IMG/VR virus record: IMGVR_UViG_3300046786_001371
Coordinates: 1 to 24,173 of that record
Direction: 5' to 3' (one strand)
Origin: a virus
Lineage: Duplodnaviria > Caudoviricetes
DNA: 24,173 nucleotides
Of the stretch, positions 16,045 through 24,173 are shown piece after piece; the stretch's first letter is position 1; each line of letters opens with the position of its first letter. Made by a program: the position numbers and the translations under genes. The notes beneath the pieces are model-generated. The model saw nothing but the letters and a program-made list of their open reading frames with translations. It made no database searches and was not told the origin of the DNA.

Positions 16045-19010
16045 TATGGTTTGATATTTCCGTAGTGTCCGCTCAAGAACAATTTGCCCTTATAACTTAT
16101 TGCTGTCAATGGTCTGATAACACCATATAAAGTGTAATTTCCAGCATTGTCAAAAACTTTTTTTCTTTCAAAAGTAATATCTTCTAAAGACCAACTTTCA
16201 GAGTTAGAATTGTAGTAGAAAATCTTGCTTTGTCTGTCATTTGGATTTTCAGAAACCTTAGTACTTATAAATCCATCAGTGGCACAATATAATGTTCCAT
16301 CGTGGTAAGTGAATAACCTAACTCCACCTGTTGAAGGAAGCACTACAGATTGGTTGAAATCAATAATTTTTGCATTTGTGGGCTCATATGTTTCACCAAT
16401 AATGAAAGAAACATCTGAATATCCAACTAAAGAATCACCAGCATCATTATATAATTTTCCAAACTGAATAAATGGATGGTCGTAATCGTAAGAATTAGCG
16501 TTAGGATCTAAATATTTAGAATTATAAGTATCTAAAGAAATAAAATTTTTCTTTTCAATAAATGGATTTTTTTGTTGACCAAGATAAACCTTGATATCTC
16601 TATCTTCTACAATCCATCTAATCTTCGAAAGTTTATTATTGATATCAAATACATCTTCATTAGATTGAATTTGTATTAGGTCAATAAATATCTCTTCTGG
16701 TCTTTCATTGTTTTCTGGTAAATTTGAAAATTCTATTTGTAGCTTCCCGATAGTACCTTTCCAAATTGGTGAAATTTTGTATTGAGTATAATCTAGTGAA
16801 GAATGCATACTTGTTTCTGCACTTATATTGAAAATTCCACCATCATATGCCCAATATGCTTTAAGTGTACCAATGTCTAATGCTTTTGATTTTGGTGCAG
16901 CTTTAATTCTCAGGGTGATAGTTGAGTTCAAATCTACATCCAAATTCAAGTTATCAATCACAATACAAGGATTGCCTGTCGAAGCTGGGACAATTTTCAG
17001 GACATATTTTTCATAAGGATCATTGAAAATATCATAGTTAGTTTCAGTAGTGGCAGATAATTCAGTTATGAATTTACCAATAGTCCAAGATAATTCATCA
17101 GAAGAAACTACACCATTTGAAACAGAATAAAATTGCCAGTCTGCTACCAAACCTGTAGTTGTCAAGGCTTTTTCCACTGAATTCATACCACTTGATAATT
17201 TCATTGTTGTGGAATTAAATTCTATAGAGTATTGACCATAAAGATCTGCAACTTGAAAACCTTGATATCCAGTGAGCGAATTTGTTGGAATTTGCTCTGC
17301 GCTATTTAAGGTTGTTTCATTGCGCAAATCTGATGAAGTTGCTGCTTGACTTGTATTTAGATTTATAACTTTAGCTTCAAATGTATAGCTTGGCTTATTG
17401 ACAATAAAATTTCCAGATGCTATATAGTTTGAATAATTTAATAAATATCTATTGCCTGTATTTATGTAGCCTGTTTCTATATAAAATCCTAAAACTGTAC
17501 TACCTGAAACAATATACTGGGTAATATTTACTAGAGATGGAGTGTTATTTACCCCATTGTAGACATAAACACCATTATAAATTCCATTAGTTCCAGATAC
17601 AGTTTGATCTTTTAATAAGAACAAGTCATTGATTACAAGATCGTGTCCATCAAGAGAAGTAAAATTATTCCAACTTGTTATTGCTTCCCAGGATACACAT
17701 TTTACATTGATATAATCTTGACTTGGCAAATTAGCTCTTAAGAGTTGTTCCCAGTCAGATCCCTCAGAGATTTCATATAATCTTGAACCATAAGCAGTAG
17801 CGCCAGTTGATGAAACCGTATTGCCTTTGATTACTAAAAACTCATTAAAATGCTGTGGGTTGTTTTCTTCTGGGAATCTTGCTATTGCTACATTGTCATC
17901 ATTTCTAGATAAGGTATTGCTATCATATGAATAAAATTGTGCTGGAGCTGGATCGCTCATAAACACTTCATCAAATTTTATAGAAGTCCAACTCTCATCA
18001 GTTTCTGGATTTGATAATGGTATTTCAGTATATGACCAAACTTCTGGCTTTTTATCAATGCCAGCTAAAACTTGGTTCTTGCCAACTGCCAAACACCTAA
18101 TTCCAAAATCTACTGCTTCATAATCAGTAATATTATTTGAAATAATTGTTGATGTTTCTAAAGTTTCTGTTTCAGTTTCTTTAACAATAATTTCTTCTGT
18201 AATTAAGTTTGTTGGTTCTGATAATGAAACTGTAAGTGTTCTTGAATATCTATGAATTTTTTTATCGAAACAACCTAAGAACAATTTATTATAAGCAGAA
18301 ACCATAGAAAGAATGCCACCTGAGTTTGCAGCTAATTCTCCATATGGATACACTTGTTCCCATTGACTTCCATTGTATGCAGTGCTTAATTTTGCTCTAA
18401 ATAATCTTGGTAATTGATCAGAAGCTACATAAAGATAAGGTTCATCTTCGTGTTCAAATTTGTGTGAAATCATTGCTGATGTAGATAAATCTACACTATT
18501 ATCCTGAAGAATAAAAATTGGACCACTTACATATTCGCCATTGTAAAACCAGATTTTTCCAGATACGCCAGCTAAATAAATTCCATCGTCAGAAGCAATC
18601 ATTGAAGTAATTGCTCTTTCGCCTTGATTGGATAAATCGATTATTTTTTCAAAAGATACAAGATTGGCTGTATGTATGGAAGCATAGTATCTTTCCATAA
18701 CAACATTGATAGTAGAAGCGTCAATAGGAGTTTGAAAAATTAGATAGCTCTTATAATCGTCAACACCATAATTCACAGAGGAGTTTACAATAAGCTCATC
18801 TTGTGAATTTACTTTGTAGACTCTTCCTAAATCATCTGAATTGGCGCCAACAAGCTTAAAAGCAGTTCCAGCAGCATAAGCGGGATCTAAGCTATCTACT
18901 AAAGAAATATTGGTAATTCTTTTCTTCGTAATACCAGAAAAGTATAATATTTTCTCGCTATCGTTAGGACCTTTCCAAGAACAACTAGCTGTAAAAATTG
19001 TTGGCACCAT
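16044..19010 (-). CDS. Putative virion structural protein: beta-propeller with inserted fibre module and CBM-like domain (988 aa)
   Basis: Blades at both ends ([53 protein letters not shown]), a divergent fibre module ([21 protein letters not shown]) and a CBM-like [19 protein letters not shown] segment. TAATG overlaps on both sides. Confidence 0.7.
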   Translation of the reverse strand: MVPTIFTASCSWKGPNDSEKILYFSGITKKRITNISLVDSLDPAYAAGTAFKLVGANSDDLGRVYKVNSQDELIVNSSVNYGVDDYKSYLIFQTPIDASTINVVMERYYASIHTANLVSFEKIIDLSNQGERAITSMIASDDGIYLAGVSGKIWFYNGEYVSGPIFILQDNSVDLSTSAMISHKFEHEDEPYLYVASDQLPRLFRAKLSTAYNGSQWEQVYPYGELAANSGGILSMVSAYNKLFLGCFDKKIHRYSRTLTVSLSEPTNLITEEIIVKETETETLETSTIISNNITDYEAVDFGIRCLAVGKNQVLAGIDKKPEVWSYTEIPLSNPETDESWTSIKFDEVFMSDPAPAQFYSYDSNTLSRNDDNVAIARFPEENNPQHFNEFLVIKGNTVSSTGATAYGSRLYEISEGSDWEQLLRANLPSQDYINVKCVSWEAITSWNNFTSLDGHDLVINDLFLLKDQTVSGTNGIYNGVYVYNGVNNTPSLVNITQYIVSGSTVLGFYIETGYINTGNRYLLNYSNYIASGNFIVNKPSYTFEAKVINLNTSQAATSSDLRNETTLNSAEQIPTNSLTGYQGFQVADLYGQYSIEFNSTTMKLSSGMNSVEKALTTTGLVADWQFYSVSNGVVSSDELSWTIGKFITELSATTETNYDIFNDPYEKYVLKIVPASTGNPCIVIDNLNLDVDLNSTITLRIKAAPKSKALDIGTLKAYWAYDGGIFNISAETSMHSSLDYTQYKISPIWKGTIGKLQIEFSNLPENNERPEEIFIDLIQIQSNEDVFDINNKLSKIRWIVEDRDIKVYLGQQKNPFIEKKNFISLDTYNSKYLDPNANSYDYDHPFIQFGKLYNDAGDSLVGYSDVSFIIGETYEPTNAKIIDFNQSVVLPSTGGVRLFTYHDGTLYCATDGFISTKVSENPNDRQSKIFYYNSNSESWSLEDITFERKKVFDNAGNYTLYGVIRPLTAISYKGKLFLSGHYGNIKP
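17445..17710 (-). repeat. Phage fibre module copy (988 aa protein, divergent)
   Basis: [48 protein letters not shown]. Confidence 0.65.
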
Positions 19011-22000
19011 TATACTTTTGGTCTCCTAATTGCATTCCACTTAACTTCAGGTTGTGTGATATTATTTCCAAAGTCTCTAAATTTAATTTCGACTTTCTTA
19101 ACTCCATCACTTTCGCCTGTAAAATCAACCTTTACATATGGAGAATAAGGTATCCATTCTGACCAATCACCATTTCCAGAATCTAATAATCTTCTAATTT
19201 TGAAATCCTTAATTCCCGTGACCAAATCAAAGCCATCTATTTTCATCCAAGATTGAGGTAGATTTGATATAGTTGTTTCTTGGTTTGTCTTCGGATCAAA
19301 GAAATTTACAGTTCCATAAGGCTCTTGAGTATCTACTAATGCTTGAGAAGTAGCAACAAAACTTAACGGGTTAGATTCAGAAACATTACCAACATAGTCC
19401 ATCAATTGAACCCAGATTTTTCTTTGACCAGAAAAGCCTATATTTTGATTCTTGAATGCTGTATCTTGTGGACCTGATGCATAATAATTCAAATGGCCAT
19501 AAAGATATAAATAGTATTCATTCTCACTATTTACTATAAATTTATTCCAAGGCAACCAAGGTGTGTAATTGATGAAAGAATTATCTATCTCTTTACCAAC
19601 TCTAAACGCAAGAATTCCAGAATCATTATCTTCAGCTTGTATTGATAATTGAACCATTCTCAAAGTAGATTCTGTGGCAACTAAAATGTTAGGTGCATCT
19701 CCAAGATATGATGGAGCATTGATATCTACTCTTGAAGGTAGACTAACTGTAGTTGGATAGCTTGAAATATTTCCGTGTGAAACAGCTCTAACTCTGTACT
19801 GGATAGCGTTGTTTTGAGTGGAATTTACTGCTTTTTCTTCATATCTAGTGTGAAGTTTGTGCCATAAATTATTTGCTCTTCTATAGCCTGAAAATTCACC
19901 ATTTTGAATAAAATCAACATCAGACAATTCTATTCCATTAGCTCTTCCTAAAGATGCATTGAATGGAATTGAAATTGCTACCCAAATAATATCAGATTGT
20001 GTAATTGCTTGATTCCATTCACTCTCTTCAAATTTTACTTGAACTAAATTATTGCTAGCAAAATTATTGAAGCCAACTATAAACGGTTGATAAGATACTG
20101 ATTTCCAATCTGTCAAAGGATTGTTATAATCAGGCAAAGATCCAATATTTTTGAAGAATCTTATTTTTAATTCATTCATTGGAAAATCTTTATCATAAGC
20201 ATTCCAATTGAGCTTGAATTCAAATAATTTTGGTTTTGTAGAAGATACAAAGCTGGATATTTCACCAACAGTTATAGACTTGAAGAATGTTGTATTTACA
20301 AATCTGCCAACTAAATTACCATTGAAAGTAACATTGTCTTTATACCAATTGGTATTTGCATTTATTGTTCCTGATGAAACCTTGTAAGGGGCAAAATATT
20401 CAGAGGTAGTTATAGCAAATCCAGAAGTAGACTTGATATAAACGCCATTTTCTGTATTTTCAATTTGATCTTTGACTAAAACTTTACTTCCTACTGGTAA
20501 AGATGACAAAGCAACCCCATCTACAGTTAATGATGTCAATGATGCAATAGATATATTAGAACCTGTAGTTGCAAGAGAAACTGTAGTGGCTGTTCCTGAA
20601 TTTGGACTAAATGAAATACCTGTTGTTCCCACAGTTATAGGATCTGAAGTAGATACATACCATTTTGTAAATTCAGAACTTGAACTCCAAGGTATTCTTA
20701 CCATTGTGCCTGATAAAATTCCAGAAGTAGAATTCATTTCAGGTACCCTTGTTAATCTCCAAGAGGTAGTTGCATTACCTGCTCTTGATTGGTAATACAC
20801 TCCATTTTCTAAATTTGTACTTTGACCGCCAATCAATATATAATCGGTGGTTGATGATACATAATCTCCACCTACAAATAAAGAGCCAGCAACCCCAGCA
20901 GTCAAAGTATCTGATGCATAAGTTGGGGCATTTGGCATAGGACTAAATGTTTTATACTTTGCGTCTATAGTTACTCTAGGCAAAGTATTTGGTGTTTCGT
21001 ATTGATAGTCTACTAAATCTGTCAATCCACTTAATAATTTTTGCCCCAAATAATGCTTAGAATTAGTAGATCCTTCATCTGACATTGTGATAGTTTTGAT
21101 TGTGCTATCATTGTCAAATTGCTCTTTGTAAAAATTTGGTAATCCATACCAACTTACATTTTGAAAGTGAGTATTGCCACCTGCATTGTATGAACTTTTT
21201 CTAACTCCAAATGCTGCAAAATATCCTAAACCTGAAGTATTAGAACTTATTGGTAAAAGTAAATCTACTACTCCAACAAGATTAATTCCAGAACCAAGTC
21301 TTTCTTTTACCAATAAATAAGTGCCGGTGAAATTTTTGTTTTTACTTCTTCCAGTATATGAATTTGGTATCTGGTCAGTCAATTCAAAAATAAATTGAAC
21401 ATCATCAGTGGAGTTTGGTTGATATGATCTCAATACTTGTCTTCTTAGTTTATTGTCTTCAGTTCTGTAAGAAACTGAAATTTCATTTTTTTCTCCACTA
21501 AATTTTACTAATACAGTTGGTGCATTCAATGGAGAATCTGTGTAAGCAAAACTATCATCGCATCTTACTCCAAAGGGACGATCCCAGTTCACAGTTAAAT
21601 TGTTCTGAGTGTGAGATCTATATGAAGATACTGGGCTAAAAGCAACATACACATCATCAGACCCGTGCAAAAATGTCAATTCTAATTTTGATCTATTGCT
21701 AAACGAGGGCTTGAATAATTGAATTTCATAGTGAATAGGCACCGTAAAATCGTTAGAGCTATCTATTTTATTTATGTCGTATAGATCAACTGAAACAGAG
21801 GTTGAAAAAGATAAATCAGAAGGTGCATCTGTCAAGACAATAAAATCATCATTTACTGAAGTGTCCCAGTCATTTAAAATTTGTGTGACTGGAGAGCCAT
21901 TTAGCGCTACATCATCGTTAGTGCAATCACCGATATCAATAGATAGTTTAGATTTTCCTTGCGCTAAAAATAATTCTTCAACAACTAATCCACCCGAGAA

Positions 22001-23365
22001 AGTTGATCCCGTGGCTTGAGATATTTGATAACCAAAAGCGCTTCCTACTGATGAACTACCAAAAGATGTTAAGATAGCATTTCCTAATAAATAACTTTTT
22101 CTTGAAGCCAAAGATTGATCTAAATTAGGAGTGTAATAAGCTTCTACTAAACATATATTTGTAGTACCCATAGATGAGTAATACATTTCCATAACACCAC
22201 CAGACTGCAATAATGGCAAAACACTATGAGGCAATGTAGTAGTTTGTTTGCTAGCACTATCAGAGCCATTTATTCTTGTGTAAAGATAAGCGGTTGGATT
22301 AGAATTGTTAGGTATGTCAATTCTGCAAACAATTTCGTTCCCATTAGCACTTGTGTCAGGAGCTGCATAAAGTTTCATAAATGCTTGAGAAGTTACAGCA
22401 ATTCCAGAAGTTGTGAATGAAAATCCCGCCTGTGAATAAAAATCAGTCTTATTTGTAGATGGAGTTAATTTTGTTTTACTGTAGAAAAATGCGCCTTTAC
22501 CATAACTTGCACTTGTAAGACCAATGTTAGCACCTAATGAAAGTGATGATGAAGAATAGCTGCCATCAAAATATCTGTATGTAGTAAGTGTGGTGGACGC
22601 TATCGAAGCTGATGGAATAAGTGTTCTTTTGACATTATTATGAGCAGAATAAGCATCATATGTTCCACCAGTGTTAGAAATTTCGTATATGCTAGCTATA
22701 TATCTACCAATTCCAGACTTGACAGTTTGAGCTGATACTTGATTACCACCAACAAAAGATAAGAGTGTATTTTTGCCAATATACCCAGACTTTGCACTTG
22801 GGATTTCTGGAAAATCTGGATTGACTGGTATTTGACCCTCCCATCGGATTTGGTCAAAAATTCCATAGCCCATTGGATACTCAATATCAGTACCATTAGG
22901 GCCTTCAAGAATAGCCTTCATATAAACAGCTGAAAGACCACCAGATGCACTCAAAGGCCAATTATAAACCTTGAATAATCCAGTTCCAGCTACTGGAGTT
23001 GCCATAGTTCCTTGAGTAAGCGTATTGTCAAAGAAATATAATGGATTTAAAGTGTATTCATAATCAAAATCTGGATCATATACATAGGAACTAGATGGCC
23101 AGTTTGTAATTGCTACAGTTGAGGTTGGATCAAACTCTGGGTCGTTTGAAAGATAAAGAGTTTTGATTCTTCTTAAGTAGGTTAACTCACGGGTGCCACT
23201 ATCTCTTACTTCAAAACTAAAAGTTAGAGTATTTTGGTTATCGTCAAGGGTTGGATCTTTGGAATATGAATTACTAGAATACGGTTGTCCTAGATTTATA
23301 AATTCAGATTGAAGATATCCACTTGTAAGATTATTGGGTAAAATTATTGAAACGTTATATGGCAC
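19010..23365 (-). CDS. Large putative virion structural protein with tandem fibre modules and Ig-like repeats (1451 aa)
   Basis: GTG start with GGTGG 6 nt upstream, two adjacent fibre modules, and two C-terminal Ig-like repeats (DSGILAF..PWLPW..KIWVQLMDYVGNVS; TGIKDF..WSEWIPY..KKVEIKFRDFGNN). Confidence 0.7.
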   Translation of the reverse strand: MPYNVSIILPNNLTSGYLQSEFINLGQPYSSNSYSKDPTLDDNQNTLTFSFEVRDSGTRELTYLRRIKTLYLSNDPEFDPTSTVAITNWPSSSYVYDPDFDYEYTLNPLYFFDNTLTQGTMATPVAGTGLFKVYNWPLSASGGLSAVYMKAILEGPNGTDIEYPMGYGIFDQIRWEGQIPVNPDFPEIPSAKSGYIGKNTLLSFVGGNQVSAQTVKSGIGRYIASIYEISNTGGTYDAYSAHNNVKRTLIPSASIASTTLTTYRYFDGSYSSSSLSLGANIGLTSASYGKGAFFYSKTKLTPSTNKTDFYSQAGFSFTTSGIAVTSQAFMKLYAAPDTSANGNEIVCRIDIPNNSNPTAYLYTRINGSDSASKQTTTLPHSVLPLLQSGGVMEMYYSSMGTTNICLVEAYYTPNLDQSLASRKSYLLGNAILTSFGSSSVGSAFGYQISQATGSTFSGGLVVEELFLAQGKSKLSIDIGDCTNDDVALNGSPVTQILNDWDTSVNDDFIVLTDAPSDLSFSTSVSVDLYDINKIDSSNDFTVPIHYEIQLFKPSFSNRSKLELTFLHGSDDVYVAFSPVSSYRSHTQNNLTVNWDRPFGVRCDDSFAYTDSPLNAPTVLVKFSGEKNEISVSYRTEDNKLRRQVLRSYQPNSTDDVQFIFELTDQIPNSYTGRSKNKNFTGTYLLVKERLGSGINLVGVVDLLLPISSNTSGLGYFAAFGVRKSSYNAGGNTHFQNVSWYGLPNFYKEQFDNDSTIKTITMSDEGSTNSKHYLGQKLLSGLTDLVDYQYETPNTLPRVTIDAKYKTFSPMPNAPTYASDTLTAGVAGSLFVGGDYVSSTTDYILIGGQSTNLENGVYYQSRAGNATTSWRLTRVPEMNSTSGILSGTMVRIPWSSSSEFTKWYVSTSDPITVGTTGISFSPNSGTATTVSLATTGSNISIASLTSLTVDGVALSSLPVGSKVLVKDQIENTENGVYIKSTSGFAITTSEYFAPYKVSSGTINANTNWYKDNVTFNGNLVGRFVNTTFFKSITVGEISSFVSSTKPKLFEFKLNWNAYDKDFPMNELKIRFFKNIGSLPDYNNPLTDWKSVSYQPFIVGFNNFASNNLVQVKFEESEWNQAITQSDIIWVAISIPFNASLGRANGIELSDVDFIQNGEFSGYRRANNLWHKLHTRYEEKAVNSTQNNAIQYRVRAVSHGNISSYPTTVSLPSRVDINAPSYLGDAPNILVATESTLRMVQLSIQAEDNDSGILAFRVGKEIDNSFINYTPWLPWNKFIVNSENEYYLYLYGHLNYYASGPQDTAFKNQNIGFSGQRKIWVQLMDYVGNVSESNPLSFVATSQALVDTQEPYGTVNFFDPKTNQETTISNLPQSWMKIDGFDLVTGIKDFKIRRLLDSGNGDWSEWIPYSPYVKVDFTGESDGVKKVEIKFRDFGNNITQPEVKWNAIRRPKV
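20343..20968 (-). repeat. Two tandem phage fibre module copies (1451 aa protein)
   Basis: DYILIGGQSTNLENGVY..WRLTR and VSLATTGSNI..TVDGVAL..KVLVKDQIENTENGVY..VSSGTINANTNW. Confidence 0.75.
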
Positions 23366-23386
23366 TTGTAACCACCGCTAAACAGG

Positions 23387-23402
23387 GAATATTAAAATAT
23401 TC
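23387..23402. repeat. Short inverted repeat GAATATT-N2-AATATTC in an intergenic gap
   Basis: Perfect 7-bp arms with a 2-nt spacer, 21 nt upstream of the GTG at 23365. Confidence 0.5.
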
Positions 23403-23422
23403 TTTGCCAGCCGATGTAGCCC

Positions 23423-24172
23423 CTATAAAAGTTGAAAATCAAACTGGAAAGGTATTGATTTTTGTACAGTTAATGGGCAATGTACATCAAAATACATAAA
23501 TCCATCTACATAGTCAATATTGTTGTATCTGCCCTGTTTATAGAAAGTATATGAAGCAGAATAAACTGATATGTCATTTGTTGAATCAGATGAAACAAAA
23601 TACATATCAATATACACTGGTGCTTTCACTGTGTCTAAACCATTTGGAAGATAAACTTTAAGTTGTAAATTAGGTGAAAGATCGCCAGAAGAAAGTGTAT
23701 TTTCAATAATTGTATTACAAATTATCTTAAAATAAATTGTTTTGGAAACTGGTCCATTTCCATTATTATAATATTCTATATCATCTGTTGAAGAGTTTGA
23801 ATCAATGAATGCTGGAACGGTTGAAATAATTGGATTTCCTTGCCTCACTGGTCTTGGAATAGATAATGAAGAATCATCATAACTTCCGATTGAAAATTCG
23901 GGCATTTTGCAAGTATCATCAATTACAAATGAGTTGGTTGCATTGAGAGCTTTAAAGTTTTGAGAATTAAAACTCTTTGCGAAAAAGTTCAATTCAGATA
24001 TTTTCAAACTATTATTAGGTTTGTCTAAAACAACTAACAAAGTGTCGTTAGATTCAAAGCTATATTTAGTATTTTGAAAATCGATTACATAATCTTTATC
24101 ACCTCTCGAAAAAATTATATAATTTGGATCAATTTCTACAATAGAATCAAACTTAAACTTGATAGATATAAA
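23423..24172 (-). CDS. Hypothetical protein, likely structural (5'-truncated by the window edge)
   Basis: The frame stays open upstream of the track's TTG at 24040 to the window edge (FISIKFKFDSIVEIDPNYIIFSRGDKDYVIDFQNTKYSFESNDTL...), so the true start is outside the window. Beta-rich composition like its neighbours. Confidence 0.7.
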   Translation of the reverse strand, partial: FISIKFKFDSIVEIDPNYIIFSRGDKDYVIDFQNTKYSFESNDTLLVVLDKPNNSLKISELNFFAKSFNSQNFKALNATNSFVIDDTCKMPEFSIGSYDDSSLSIPRPVRQGNPIISTVPAFIDSNSSTDDIEYYNNGNGPVSKTIYFKIICNTIIENTLSSGDLSPNLQLKVYLPNGLDTVKAPVYIDMYFVSSDSTNDISVYSASYTFYKQGRYNNIDYVDGFMYFDVHCPLTVQKSIPFQFDFQLL

Positions 24173-24173
24173 T

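Noticed and set aside
251-22420. All plus-strand ORFs in the track (60-110 aa)
   Set aside because: They are antisense shadows of long minus-strand genes and show no recognisable motifs.
5573-22908. Short alternate-frame minus ORFs (5573-5758, 7625-7885, 11315-11572, 12641-12880, 22696-22908)
   Set aside because: They are nested in large genes and have the Leu/Met-rich composition typical of off-frame translation.
2466-23365. Genome-wide TAG or TGA stop-codon reassignment
   Set aside because: Thousands of codons read through under the standard code with no internal TAG or TGA, and gene density is already near complete. Only junction readthrough remains possible.
24038-24040. TTG start for the last gene
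   Set aside because: The frame is open to the window edge, so the gene is 5'-truncated.
1-24173. CRISPR array, tRNA/rRNA, IS element, or DGR template/variable repeats
   Set aside because: No regular or near-identical DNA repeats, no transposase or reverse transcriptase, and no intergenic space long enough. The repeats seen are protein-level and diverged.

Overview
An AT-rich, gene-dense window with every credible gene on the minus strand. It reads best as part of a large (jumbo-type) phage or related virus genome, although no capsid, terminase or sheath gene is present to prove this. In the direction of transcription (right to left) there are six tightly packed genes for large, signal-peptide-less, Ser/Thr/Asn-rich beta-structured proteins (>250, 1451, 988, 505, 1282 and 2738 aa). 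They are mosaics of adhesin and tail-fibre modules: five copies of a 'VATT..I.L.G.QTIDG..VLVK.Q...NG.Y' fibre module, beta-propeller blades with Asp-boxes, vWA, PA14, SwmB-type repeats, CBM-like and Ig-like domains. Directly downstream are three consecutive serine proteases from three unrelated clans (S8 subtilisin, S26 signal peptidase I, PDZ-less S1C trypsin/HtrA-like), followed by the start of a Zn-ribbon-repeat, homing-endonuclease-like gene that the ORF track missed. The best candidate for an undescribed system is the giant adhesin/fibre cluster plus the three-protease cassette. Domain calls come from motif recognition by eye, not database searches, and domain coordinates are approximate. 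No RNA genes, CRISPR arrays or IS elements were seen.
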